Translations under genes and position numbers: made by a program
NCBI GenBank assembly: GCA_965221125.1
Contig: CBDCRW010000005.1
Coordinates: 160,001 to 224,000, forward strand
Direction of reading: 5' to 3'
Length of the DNA stretch: 64,000 nt
DNA from: Alphaproteobacteria bacterium
GTDB lineage: Bacteria; Pseudomonadota; Alphaproteobacteria; UBA828
The notes under the pieces: model-generated
The model's database searches: none
The model's input: only the letters and a program-made list of their open reading frames with translations
What the model was told of the DNA's origin: nothing
Shown here: in pieces, positions 41,473 through 51,303 of the stretch
Layout of the letters: each line of letters opens with the position of its first letter
Position numbering within the stretch: position 1 is the stretch's first letter

Positions 41473-41618
41473 CGGATCGGTTTCCTCGCGTGGTGGGACA
41501 GGTGGATCAGGAAGACGTCATCCTGTCCCGGTGTGTGGTGTGTGGTGTCGGATCGTGGCGCTTGGACAATCCCGTCAGTTTGCGTGCAGGACGGCGGGCG
41601 GTATCGCCCCCCCGGCGC

Positions 41619-42734
41619 TCATCGCAGCCGGCTCACCACGCGCTCCTGGAAGCTGCGCACGGCGTCCTCCCAGTGCGGGGAGAGCACGCCGCCGCCGTCG
41701 GCGACGGCAGACGCGCGCCCCTGCTGCAGACGCTCGCAGATCACCTGGTCCTCCTCGTGCACGTCGCGCCAGAGCCGCGCCAGCTCCTCCGCCTCCTCGG
41801 CCGTTACCGGCTCCGGGCGCAGGCTGTAGACCGCGCGGCGCTGGCTGGTGCGCCCCGGCGCGAGCGGCACGTCGAGGTGCACGCCCACTTGGTCCGGCAG
41901 ATAGAGGCCCAGCACGAAGTTGGGAAAGAGCGTGAGGTAGCGGGAGTCCGCCGAGAGCGTGTCGTCCCGCCTGGCCTCGGCCGAGACGTCCACGGCGCAG
42001 CCGAGGCAGCCCGGCTCGTTCACCGTGTAGTGGTCGGTCAGCGGCTGCTCGGTCGTCGTCGCATGGACGAAGGGCACGTGGTAGGGCTCGATGAAGTTCT
42101 CCATCAGGAGCTTCCAGTTCGCCGCGATCTCCCCCAGGTCCACCGTGACCACGTGCCTCATGCGGGAGAGGTCGAAGCCGCCCAGGTGGCTCTGCAGCGG
42201 GGCGACGAAGTCCTCGATGGGCGGCGCGTCGCCGCTCAGGTTGACGAAGACCCAGTCGTGCCAGATTTCTGTGCGCACCGGCAGCAGCCCGTGCTCCGCG
42301 CGCTCGAAGCCCTCCGGCACCGCGCGCGGGTCGGTGCCGCCGAAGTAGGGGGCGACGTGGAGCGCGCCGTCGAGCCGGTAGGTCCACGAGTGGTAGGGGC
42401 ACTGGATGGCCGGGCCCACGTTGCAGGGCTCGTCCACCAGCTTGAGGCAGCGGTGGCGGCAGACGTTGTGGAAGGCGCGGACCTCGCCCTCGCCATCGCG
42501 CAGCAGCAGCACCGGGCGGCCGGCGACGGTGACGGGCACCGCGTCGCCCGGCCGGGCCAGCTCGTGGGCGAGGGCGGCGAAGACCCAGGATGGGGCGAAG
42601 ACGCGCTCGTACTCCAGCGCCAGGAACGCCTCGCTGGTATACGCCGCCGCCGGCAGCCCCCGCGCCACCGGGCCGGGCGCGTCGAACGCGGCCAGGGCCT
42701 CGGCCCCCAGGATCGACTGCAGCGACAGGCTCAT
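41619..42734 (-). CDS. Rieske non-heme iron oxygenase alpha subunit (choline monooxygenase/quaternary amine-like)
   Basis: NVCRHR...CPYH Rieske motif; ENFIEPYHVPFVH and HEED mononuclear Fe ligands. Confidence 0.9.
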   Translation of the reverse strand: MSLSLQSILGAEALAAFDAPGPVARGLPAAAYTSEAFLALEYERVFAPSWVFAALAHELARPGDAVPVTVAGRPVLLLRDGEGEVRAFHNVCRHRCLKLVDEPCNVGPAIQCPYHSWTYRLDGALHVAPYFGGTDPRAVPEGFERAEHGLLPVRTEIWHDWVFVNLSGDAPPIEDFVAPLQSHLGGFDLSRMRHVVTVDLGEIAANWKLLMENFIEPYHVPFVHATTTEQPLTDHYTVNEPGCLGCAVDVSAEARRDDTLSADSRYLTLFPNFVLGLYLPDQVGVHLDVPLAPGRTSQRRAVYSLRPEPVTAEEAEELARLWRDVHEEDQVICERLQQGRASAVADGGGVLSPHWEDAVRSFQERVVSRLR

Positions 42735-42756
42735 GGCACGTTCCTTGAGAGCACGG

Positions 42757-43296
42757 TCAGGGCACGTGGCGCTTGAGCAGGAACTGGTTCTTGAACATGC
42801 CGAGCTGGGTCATGACCTCGACGTGGGCGATGTCGGTCTGGCCGTGGACGTGGTCGTTGAGGAAGGCCGCGAGCTCGGTCTCCTCGTCACAGACGACCTC
42901 GACCAGCAGGTCGAAGCGGCCGGCGACCCACATGACATAGACCACGACAGGGTGGGGTTCGAGGCGCTGCGCGACCTCCGTGGGTGCTATCCCCGGCGCG
43001 GCCTTGATGCCGAGCATGGCGTCGGACTCGTAGTCGACCGCCACCGGGTCGACCACGGCGACGATGCGGAGGATGCCCGCGTCCCGCATCCGGGTAACGC
43101 GGTTGCGGATCGTGCCGCCCGAGACGCCGAGCTTCTGCCCGATCTCGTCATAGGCCGCGCGCCCGTCCTCCTGCAGCAGGCGGATGATCCGCTGGTTGAG
43201 ATCGTCGTTGGGAGAGGAGAGCCGCGAGATTTCGCCGGCGTCGCCGACGCTGCCTTCGCTCACTGACTGAATCACACGTGGTGTGGGTCGGGGCAT
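42757..43296 (-). CDS. Lrp/AsnC-family regulator
   Basis: IIRLLQEDGRAAYDEIGQKLGVSGGTIRNRV, VAGRFDLL. Confidence 0.9.
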   Translation of the reverse strand: MPRPTPRVIQSVSEGSVGDAGEISRLSSPNDDLNQRIIRLLQEDGRAAYDEIGQKLGVSGGTIRNRVTRMRDAGILRIVAVVDPVAVDYESDAMLGIKAAPGIAPTEVAQRLEPHPVVVYVMWVAGRFDLLVEVVCDEETELAAFLNDHVHGQTDIAHVEVMTQLGMFKNQFLLKRHVP

Positions 43297-43420
43297 GTGT
43301 CGCCTCGTGGCGTCGGTGGTCGCGGCGTGTCGTCTCCGATATCAATTCGTTATCGTATCTCCCGAATGTTGACGATATCTGAAGTATAGGCAAGAAATAC
43401 TTTAATTTGGTTATCACAGT

Positions 43421-43435
43421 GAGGATATTTTGCAG
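43421..43435. promoter_or_regulatory. Lrp-box-like site in AT-rich divergent promoter region
   Basis: GAGGATATTTTGCAG resembles the Lrp consensus YAGHAWATTWTDCTR. Confidence 0.35.
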
Positions 43436-43574
43436 AATCATGCACGCGCATGAGGCTTCGAGGGGCGAGGGGGAAGGGCGGATGATCGTGCCGCCGCGCG
43501 ATGGGAACAGGCGGGGTAGCGATCCGGGTGCCGGTTCGCCTATCTTGCCGCACGATCATTCAGGGGGACTGACC

Positions 43575-43976
43575 ATGCAGCTTCTTCACACCATGCTCCG
43601 CGTGGGCGACATGCAGCGTTCCATCGACTTCTACACGAAGGTCATCGGCATGGACCTGCTGCGCAAGACGGAGCGCCCGGACCAGGGGTACAGCCTTGCC
43701 TTCGTCGCATTCGGCGGCGGCAACGAGAACGGCGAGGCCGAGCTGGAGCTGACCTACAACCACGGCGTCTCGGAGTACGACCTCGGCACCGCCTACGGGC
43801 ATATCGCGCTCGGCGTGGAGAACGTGGCCGAGACCTGCGAGCGCATTCGCGCGGCGGGCGGCAACGTCACGCGCGAGGCGGGGCCGGTGAAGGGCGGGAC
43901 CACGGTGATCGCGTTCATCGAGGATCCGGACGGCTACAAGGTGGAGCTGATCGAGGAAGGCACGCATAGCTCCTGA
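43575..43976 (+). CDS. gloA: Lactoylglutathione lyase (glyoxalase I)
   Basis: [39 protein letters not shown]. Confidence 0.95.
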   Translation: MQLLHTMLRVGDMQRSIDFYTKVIGMDLLRKTERPDQGYSLAFVAFGGGNENGEAELELTYNHGVSEYDLGTAYGHIALGVENVAETCERIRAAGGNVTREAGPVKGGTTVIAFIEDPDGYKVELIEEGTHSS

Positions 43977-44071
43977 ACGGGTTTCCCTCCCGAATTCGCC
44001 GAAGCGCGCGGGCCGCTTGCGCCGGTGCGCCGATCGGCTAGGCTCGGCCCGCACGCCTGAGGAGAAGCCCC

Positions 44072-44590
44072 ATGAGCCAAGCCGCCGCCACCGTCGCCCG
44101 CGTCTCCGCGCCGAGCGCCCATCCCTTCTCGCCGCCCGATATCGTGCTCGCGACCGACCCGGAGGACGAGCGCATCTGGGTCCCCCTCAAGGAGGGCGTT
44201 TGGCTGCGCCCGCTCATGTACAACACCGTGCAGGGCGGCTGGTGCGAGGTGGTGAAGGTCACGGGCGGCGGCTTCGTCTCGCGCCACCGCCACCCGGCGC
44301 CGGTGCACGGCCTCGTGCTCAAGGGCGCCTTCCGCTACCTGGAGCACGACTGGATCGCCGACCAGGGCACCTACATCTACGAGCCGCCGGGCGAGGTCCA
44401 CACCCTTGTGGTCGACGAGGACTGCCCGGAGATGCACTGCTTCTTCGCGATCTCGGGCTCGGTCAACTACGTGGACGAGGACGGCCGGGACGACCATGCC
44501 GAGGACGTCTTCCACCGCCTCGACCGCGCGCGGCAGCACTACGAGGAGGTCGGCCTCGGCGCCGACTACGTGAAGAACTTCGTGCGCTAG
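44072..44590 (+). CDS. Cupin, 2,4'-dihydroxyacetophenone dioxygenase-like
   Basis: RHRHPAPV, YLEHDW, YEPPGEVHTL. Confidence 0.8.
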   Translation: MSQAAATVARVSAPSAHPFSPPDIVLATDPEDERIWVPLKEGVWLRPLMYNTVQGGWCEVVKVTGGGFVSRHRHPAPVHGLVLKGAFRYLEHDWIADQGTYIYEPPGEVHTLVVDEDCPEMHCFFAISGSVNYVDEDGRDDHAEDVFHRLDRARQHYEEVGLGADYVKNFVR

Positions 44591-44703
44591 TTGCGCGAAT
44601 TCTCGGGGTGATCGGAGGGCGCCGACACACCCGAAACAGCCGTGCACGGCAGCGCGTGCCGCACCTATAATGGCGCGCCGGTAAGCAATGGGGGGCAGCC
44701 AGC

Positions 44704-45582
44704 ATGTATCCAGCACCGATCGACGAGTACGTGAGGCCGGCGACGGTGGCCGACGCGCTCGCCGCGCTCGGCCGCTACGACGAGGGCGATGCGGCCTTCA
44801 TCGCCGGCGGCCAGAGCCTCATGCAGGCGGTGAAGGCGCGGCTGGTGCGCCCGCGCTGCCTGATCGACCTGCAGGCGGTGTCCGGGCTCTCCGGCATCGA
44901 GGTCGGCGCTGACGGCGTGCGCATCGGGCCGATGACCCGCTACGCGGAGATCGCCCGCGACGAGCGGCTTGGCGGCGCCTGCGCCGCGCTCCGCGATGCG
45001 GCGGAGCGGGTGGGCGACCGCCAGGTGCGCAACCGCGGCACCATCGGCGGCAGCCTCTGCTGGAACTACGTTGCGGCCTGCATGCCGCCCACGGCGATCG
45101 GCCTCGGCGCCCGGCTCGAGCTGACCGCAGCCGGCGGCGGCACGCGCACCCTGGCCGCGGAGGATTTCCTGGGCGGCCCGCTGGAGACGGCGCGGGAGGA
45201 GAACGAGATCCTCACCGCCATCACCATCCCGGCTGCGGGCAGCAATGCCGGGAGCGCGTACAAGAAGTGGGGCCTCGTCACCGACGCGCTGCCGGTGATC
45301 GGCGTCTGCGTCGCGCTCGAGGTGGCGGACGGGCACTGCGCCAGCGCGCGCGTCGCGGTCGGCGGCCTGGCCGACGGGCCGACGCGCTCTGCCGCCGGCG
45401 AGGCGGCGCTCACCGGCGTCGCCCAAGGCGACGGGGACGGCATCGCGGCAGCCATGGACGCGGCCGCGGCCGAGATCGAGACCCAGGCGGACCTCTGGGC
45501 CGACAGCGACTACCGCAAGCAGCTCATCCGCTCGCTCGGCGCCGAGGTCACGGCCACGGCGTTTGCGCGGGCGGCCGGCTAG
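44704..45582 (+). CDS. Molybdenum hydroxylase FAD subunit (CoxM/CutM-like)
   Basis: IAGGQSL, QVRNRGTIGGS, DSDYRK. Confidence 0.9.
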   Translation: MYPAPIDEYVRPATVADALAALGRYDEGDAAFIAGGQSLMQAVKARLVRPRCLIDLQAVSGLSGIEVGADGVRIGPMTRYAEIARDERLGGACAALRDAAERVGDRQVRNRGTIGGSLCWNYVAACMPPTAIGLGARLELTAAGGGTRTLAAEDFLGGPLETAREENEILTAITIPAAGSNAGSAYKKWGLVTDALPVIGVCVALEVADGHCASARVAVGGLADGPTRSAAGEAALTGVAQGDGDGIAAAMDAAAAEIETQADLWADSDYRKQLIRSLGAEVTATAFARAAG

Positions 45583-45604
45583 ACGTTGGGGGAGGAAACC
45601 GGCA

Positions 45605-46078
45605 ATGAGCACGACCACGATCACGGTGACGATCAACGGCGAGGTCTTCGAGGAGACCGTGCCGGTCCGCATGCTGCTGGTGGACTTCATCCGCGAGCGG
45701 GCGGCGCTCACCGGCACCCACATCGGCTGCACCTACGAGGGCGTCTGCGGCGCCTGCACGGTGCAGCTCGACGGCGAGGCGGTGAAATCCTGCCTCATGG
45801 TCGCCGCCCAGGCCGACGGGCACGAGATCACCACCGTCGAAGGCCTGGCGCAAGGCGGCACGCTCTCGCCGCTGCAGCGGGCCTTCAACGAGCAGCATGC
45901 GCTGCAGTGCGGCTTCTGCACGCCGGGCATCCTGATGAACATGGACGAGTTCCTGCGCGAGAACCCGGAGCCTACGGACGACGAGATCCGCCGCGGGCTG
46001 GTCGGCAACCTCTGCCGCTGCACGGGCTATGCGCACATCGTCGATGCGGTCCGCGAGGCCGCGAAAGCGAGCAGGTGA
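45605..46078 (+). CDS. Molybdenum hydroxylase 2Fe-2S subunit (CoxS-like)
   Basis: GCxxGVCGACT, QCGFCTPG, NLCRCTGY. Confidence 0.93.
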   Translation: MSTTTITVTINGEVFEETVPVRMLLVDFIRERAALTGTHIGCTYEGVCGACTVQLDGEAVKSCLMVAAQADGHEITTVEGLAQGGTLSPLQRAFNEQHALQCGFCTPGILMNMDEFLRENPEPTDDEIRRGLVGNLCRCTGYAHIVDAVREAAKASR

Positions 46079-46092
46079 GGGAGGAGAGGCCG

Positions 46093-48492
46093 ATGACCGG
46101 AATTAGCGAAGGCTGGGTCGGCAGCCACTTCCACCGCAAGGAGGACCATCGCCTCATCACGGGGCGGGGCCGGTTCCTCGCCGACCTCGCGCAGCCGGGC
46201 GCGCTCCACATCGTGTTCAAGCGGAGCGACCACGCGCACGCCATGATCACGGGCATCGACACAAGCGCGGCGAGCGCGATGCCGGGCGTGGTCGCGGTCG
46301 TCACCGGGGACGACATCAAGGACGAGATCCTGCCCATGCCGCAGCCGGTGGTGCAGCCCGCGCTGCCCGCCACGTACCCGAAGCACTGGCCGCTCGCGGT
46401 CGGCCGGGTGAAGTGGCACGGCGAGCCGGTGGCGGCGGTGATCGCCCGCGACGCCTACGTCGCCGAGGACGCGGCCGAGGCCATCGAGGTGGGATACGAC
46501 CCGCTGCCCTACGTGGGCGATGCCGAGAGCGCGCTGGCCGACGGCGCCACCATCATCCACGAGGACTGGCCGGACAACGTCATCTTCCAGATGGATTTCA
46601 CCGGCGGCGCCGACGAGGAGAGCCAGAACGCGCACGAGGCCAAGGTGCAGGAGGTCTTCGACAGCGCCGACGTGGTCATCAAGCAACGCTTCACCTGCCA
46701 CCGCTGCGGCGTGGCGCCGATGGAGACCCGCGGCGCGCTGTTCGACTGGGACGAATCGGACGGGCTCACCGGCTGGCTCACCACCCAGCGCCCGCATATC
46801 GACCGCCTCGCGCTCGCGGACATCCTCGAGATCCCGGCCGAGAAGATCCGCATCATCGCGCCGCGCGACCAGGGCGGCGGCTTCGGCGTCAAGGCGCCGT
46901 TCTACCGCGAGCCCATGCTGATCGCCTACATGGCGAAGAAGCTGGGCCGCCCGGTGCGCTGGATCGAGACCCGCCAGGAGCACCTGATGGCGGTGAGCCA
47001 GGAGCGCGACCAGATCCACGATCTCGAGGTCGCGGCGGCGAGCGACGGCAAGCTGCTTGCGATCCGCGATCGCGGCATTGCCGACTGCGGCGACGGTTGC
47101 GAGGGGGTCTACTGGGGCTTCCTGATGCCCTTCCTCGGCGCGATCGAGCTGCCCAACGCCTACGACTGGCCGATCGGCGACATCAAGGTGAAGGTCGCGA
47201 TCACCAACAAGTCCGCGCTCTCGCCGGCCCGCGCCTTCGGTGAACTGCCGACCCGCTTCGCCATGGAACGCGCCATCGACATGGTGGCCAAGAAGTGCGG
47301 CATGGAACCGGCGGACGTGCGCCGCAAGAACCTCGTCGCCTCGCTTCCCTACACCTCGATCACCAACGAGTATTTCGACAGCGGCGACTTCATCAAGGTG
47401 TGGGACAACCTGATGGCAGAGGCGGACCTGCCGGGCTTCCGCGCCCGCCAGGCGGAGGCGCGGGCGGAGGGCCGCTATCTCGGCATCGGCTTCGGCCTCG
47501 GCGTCGAGCTTTCGGGCGTCGCCTCCGAGCTTTTCGTGCCGATGGAGAACCAGCCGGGCTACGGGGCTGCGACGGTGCGGCTCGACCCGCGCGGCAAGGT
47601 GCTGGTGTTCGAGGGCGATGCGCCCGGCGGGCAGGGGCACGAAACCACGGTGGCGCAGGCCGTCGCCCACAGCTTCGGCATCCACCCCAACGACGTGGTG
47701 GTGACGACGGGGGATACGGGCACGACGCCCTTCGGCTCCGGCACCGTGGGCGCGCGCGCGGGCTCCTACTTCGTGAGCGCCGCAGTGCAAGCCTGCGACG
47801 TGCTGAAGGAGAAGATCGCGCGCATCATGGCGCATGACCTCGCGCTCGCCGATGCCTCCCCCGCCGACTTCGCGTTCAGGGACGGCTTCGTGACCTACGC
47901 CAAGGATTCGAACATCAAGAAGACGTTCCGCGAGGCGGTGGAGCGCGTCATCATGGCGCCGATCAACCTGCCGGAGGGCGAATCCGGCGGCCTGGAGCAC
48001 ACCGCCTTCTTCGAGGCCGAGAAGCCGATGATCGCCTTCAATGCCGATGTCTGCACGGTCGAGGTCGATATCGAGACCGGCCAGTTCAAGATCCTGAGCT
48101 GGACCACGTCGGAGGACGTGGGGCAGATCATCAACCCGCAGATCGTCGAGGGGCAGATGCAGGGCGCCATCGTGCAGGGGCTGTCCAACACCATGTTCGA
48201 GGAGTTCGTCTACGACGAGAACGGCCAGCAGCTCTCCGCCGACTTCGAAAACTACAAGCTGGCGACGGCGGCGGACGTGCCGGACATCAAGGTGACGCAC
48301 GCGCCGACGCCGTGCCCGTACACGCCGCTGGGCAGCCGGGGCATCGGCGAGGGGCGGCCGTCCGACGTGCCGGGGACGCTGTGTAACGCGATCTGCGATG
48401 CGCTCAGCCCCTTCGACATCGAGATCACGGACCTGCCGCTCAGGCCGGACTCGCTCTGGCGCAAGATCCAGGCGGCGCGCGCGGCCTCCTGA
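46093..48492 (+). CDS. Xanthine oxidase-family molybdopterin-binding subunit (CoxL-like, not CO dehydrogenase)
   Basis: TTQRPH, GGGFGVK, GQGHET, GTVGAR, RGIGE; active-site loop PARAFG. Confidence 0.9.
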   Translation: MTGISEGWVGSHFHRKEDHRLITGRGRFLADLAQPGALHIVFKRSDHAHAMITGIDTSAASAMPGVVAVVTGDDIKDEILPMPQPVVQPALPATYPKHWPLAVGRVKWHGEPVAAVIARDAYVAEDAAEAIEVGYDPLPYVGDAESALADGATIIHEDWPDNVIFQMDFTGGADEESQNAHEAKVQEVFDSADVVIKQRFTCHRCGVAPMETRGALFDWDESDGLTGWLTTQRPHIDRLALADILEIPAEKIRIIAPRDQGGGFGVKAPFYREPMLIAYMAKKLGRPVRWIETRQEHLMAVSQERDQIHDLEVAAASDGKLLAIRDRGIADCGDGCEGVYWGFLMPFLGAIELPNAYDWPIGDIKVKVAITNKSALSPARAFGELPTRFAMERAIDMVAKKCGMEPADVRRKNLVASLPYTSITNEYFDSGDFIKVWDNLMAEADLPGFRARQAEARAEGRYLGIGFGLGVELSGVASELFVPMENQPGYGAATVRLDPRGKVLVFEGDAPGGQGHETTVAQAVAHSFGIHPNDVVVTTGDTGTTPFGSGTVGARAGSYFVSAAVQACDVLKEKIARIMAHDLALADASPADFAFRDGFVTYAKDSNIKKTFREAVERVIMAPINLPEGESGGLEHTAFFEAEKPMIAFNADVCTVEVDIETGQFKILSWTTSEDVGQIINPQIVEGQMQGAIVQGLSNTMFEEFVYDENGQQLSADFENYKLATAADVPDIKVTHAPTPCPYTPLGSRGIGEGRPSDVPGTLCNAICDALSPFDIEITDLPLRPDSLWRKIQAARAAS

Positions 48493-48527
48493 TCCTGGCC
48501 CCCGCCATGCCGCAGCGGTAGGGCGCG

Positions 48528-49874
48528 ATGGCGGGGCAGAGCGTGCGCATCGGCTCCGGCGCGGGCTTCGCCGGCGACCGCTGGGAGCCTGCGGTCGAGC
48601 TGGTGGAGCGGGGCGGGCTCGACTACATCGCCTTCGAGTGCCTGGCGGAGCGCACCATCGCGCGCGAGACGCTCAGCCTGCGGCGTGGACAGGGGAGCGG
48701 CTACAACCCGCAGCTCGAGGAGCGCATGCGGGCCGTGCTGCCGCCGGCGGCCAAGAACGGCGTCGTCGTGCTCAGCAACATGGGCGCCGCCGACCCGCTG
48801 GCGGCAGGCCGCAAGACGGCCGAAATCGCCGCCGACCTCGGGCTCGGCGACCGGCGCTGCGCCGTGCTGCTCGGCGACGACGTGCGGGACGCCGTCGCCG
48901 CCCGCCCCGATCTCCCCCTGATGGAGACGGGCGCGCCCGTGGAGAGCATCCTGCCGCGCATGGCGTCCGCCAACGGCTACCTCGGTGCGGACGCGGTGGC
49001 GACTGCGCTCGCGACCGCAGCACCGGTGGTGGTGACGGGCCGGGTCGCCGACCCCTCGCTCTTCGTCGGCCCCATCCTCCATGCGCTGGGTTGGGCTTAC
49101 GACGATTACGCCCGCCTCGCCCAGGCCGCGGCGGCGGGCCACCTGCTGGAATGCGCGGGCCAGGTGTCAGGCGGCTACTTCGCCGACCCCGGCGCCAAGG
49201 ACGTGGCGGGCCTCGCGCGCCTCGGCTTCCCCTTCGCCGACGTGACGGGTGAGGGCGCAGTGACCCTCGGCAAGTGCGAAGGCTCCGGCGGGCGCATCGA
49301 TGCGGCGACCTGCACCGAGCAGCTTCTCTACGAGGTGGAGGACCCTGCAGCCTACGTCACACCCGACTGCGTGCTCGACATGAGCGGCATCGCGCTCCGC
49401 CAGGTGGGGCCCGACCGCGTGGCGGTCTCGGGCGCCCGCGCCCGGCCGCGCACCGGCACCTACAAGGTGAGCATCGGCTATTTCGACGGCTATCTCGGCG
49501 AGGGGCAGCTCTCCTACGGCGGGCCGAACGCCGTGGCACGCGCCCGGCTCGCGGGCGAGATCGTGGCGGAGCGGCTGCGGCTCCGGGGCTTCGCCTACGA
49601 TGCGCTCGACGCCCGCCTGATCGGCCTCGACAGCCTGCACGGGCCGGGCGCGGGGCGGCCCGAGCCCTACGAGGTGAGGCTCCGCGTCACCGGCCGCACG
49701 CAGGACAGGAAGGCCGCCGAGGCCGTGGGCTTCGAGGTCGCCGCCCTCTACACCAACGGGCCGGCCGGCGGCGCCGGAGACGCGGCGAGCGTGCGCGAGA
49801 TCCTCGCCGTGCAGTCGGTGCTGCTGCCGCGCGACCTGGTGCAGCCCCGCGTCGAGGTGGTCGAGGCCGCCTGA
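48528..49874 (+). CDS. AtuA / DUF1446 family protein
   Basis: RIGSGAGFAGDR, FECLAERT, TGRVADPSL, GHLLECAGQVSGG, EQLLYEV, TNGPAGG. Confidence 0.88.
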   Translation: MAGQSVRIGSGAGFAGDRWEPAVELVERGGLDYIAFECLAERTIARETLSLRRGQGSGYNPQLEERMRAVLPPAAKNGVVVLSNMGAADPLAAGRKTAEIAADLGLGDRRCAVLLGDDVRDAVAARPDLPLMETGAPVESILPRMASANGYLGADAVATALATAAPVVVTGRVADPSLFVGPILHALGWAYDDYARLAQAAAAGHLLECAGQVSGGYFADPGAKDVAGLARLGFPFADVTGEGAVTLGKCEGSGGRIDAATCTEQLLYEVEDPAAYVTPDCVLDMSGIALRQVGPDRVAVSGARARPRTGTYKVSIGYFDGYLGEGQLSYGGPNAVARARLAGEIVAERLRLRGFAYDALDARLIGLDSLHGPGAGRPEPYEVRLRVTGRTQDRKAAEAVGFEVAALYTNGPAGGAGDAASVREILAVQSVLLPRDLVQPRVEVVEAA

Positions 49875-50206
49875 TGCTGAGCGTGCGCGATCTCGCCCAC
49901 GCCCGCGCCGGCGACAAGGGGCATTCCGTCAACGTCTCGGTCGTGGCCTACGACGAGGCGGGCTACGAGCGGCTCCTGAGGGAACTCACCGAGGCGCGGG
50001 TGGCGGCGGCCTTCGCCCCGCTGGCCGACGGCCCCGTGCGGCGCTACGCCCTGCCGGGCTTGAGCGCGCTCAACTTCGTCATCGAGCGGGTGCACGGCGG
50101 CGGCGTCACCGCCACCGGCGCGCTCGACATCCACGGCAAGAGCCTGTCGTCGCTCATGCTCACAATCCCGCTGCCCGGCAACGAGCCGGAGGAGCACGGC
50201 GCGTGA
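49874..50206 (+). CDS. AtuA-associated small protein
   Basis: LAHARAGDKG, LNFV, GGGVT, DIHGKSLS; ATG overlaps the upstream TGA. Confidence 0.82.
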   Translation: MLSVRDLAHARAGDKGHSVNVSVVAYDEAGYERLLRELTEARVAAAFAPLADGPVRRYALPGLSALNFVIERVHGGGVTATGALDIHGKSLSSLMLTIPLPGNEPEEHGA

Positions 50207-50240
50207 CCGGCCCGCGCGGGCGTAAGGGAAAAGGACCGCC

Positions 50241-51164
50241 GTGAAAGCCGCCTATTTCGAGAGGCACGGCGGCCCCGAGGTCATCCGCTACGGCGACCTG
50301 CCGGATCCGGCGGCCGGCCCCGGCGAGATCGTCGTCGACATCCACGCCGCCAGCGTCAACGGCGCGGACTGCAAGGTGCTGGAAGGCCGCTACAGCCAGG
50401 TCGCCCGATTCCCCTACGTGCTCGGACGCGATTTCTCGGGCGTGGTCGCCGCGCTCGGCGACGGCGTCGACGAGTTCGCGCCGGGCGATCCGGTCTTCGG
50501 CGTCTGCGCCGTGGGGCAGGAAGGGGCGCATGCCGAGAAGATCGCGATGGCGGCGGCGCTGGTGGCGCGCAAGCCGGACGGGCTCTCCCACGTGGAGGCC
50601 ACGGCGCTCGCGCTGATCGGGCTCACGGCGGTGGTCTCGATCGAGGACACGCTGGCCCTGCGACCGGGCGAGACGATCCTGATCCAGGGCGGGGCCGGCG
50701 GGGTCGCCGGCTTCGGCATCCAGCTCGCGAAGCATATCGGCGCGCATGTCATCGCCACGTGCAGCGCCCGCAACGTCGACTACGTGCGGAGCCTCGGCGC
50801 CGACCGGGTGATCGACTACGCGGCGCAGGATTTCACGGACGCGGTCTCGGACTGCGACGCCGTGTTCGAGACCGTGGGCGGCGACGTGGCCCAGCGCTCA
50901 TTCGCCGTGCTCAAGCCCGGCGGCCGCGCGGCCTTCATCGCCTCGGGCCCGGCCGCGCTGGCGCCGCCGTGCGCCGACGTGACCGCGCTCCGCCCCAGGG
51001 TGGGGCGCGACCGCCGGCATCTGCTGCGTATCCTGGAGCTGGTCGAGACGGGCGCCGTCCGCGTGCCCGAGATTCGCACCTTCCCGCTGGAGGACGCCGC
51101 GTCCGCGCTCGCGACCAGCGCCGCCCGTCATCTCAGGGGCAAGCTGGTCCTGACGATTCGCTAG
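50241..51164 (+). CDS. NADP-dependent oxidoreductase, MDR/quinone reductase-like
   Basis: GGPEV, ASVN, LGRDFSG, GGAGGVA, GKLVL. Confidence 0.9.
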   Translation: MKAAYFERHGGPEVIRYGDLPDPAAGPGEIVVDIHAASVNGADCKVLEGRYSQVARFPYVLGRDFSGVVAALGDGVDEFAPGDPVFGVCAVGQEGAHAEKIAMAAALVARKPDGLSHVEATALALIGLTAVVSIEDTLALRPGETILIQGGAGGVAGFGIQLAKHIGAHVIATCSARNVDYVRSLGADRVIDYAAQDFTDAVSDCDAVFETVGGDVAQRSFAVLKPGGRAAFIASGPAALAPPCADVTALRPRVGRDRRHLLRILELVETGAVRVPEIRTFPLEDAASALATSAARHLRGKLVLTIR

Positions 51165-51303
51165 TTGTCGCGGGCCGGGCAGCATTCACCCCCGGCGAGA
51201 CCAGCACTGTTCCGCCACGCGGAGGAAATTCCCTCCCATGATGGCCGCGATGTCGCCTTGGGCGTTCGCTGTCTCCAGCCCGACCACCACCGTCATGCCG
51301 GGA

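Noticed and set aside
44704-48492. Aerobic CO dehydrogenase coxMSL
   Set aside because: No AYxCSFR Cu-binding motif and no coxDEFG accessory genes
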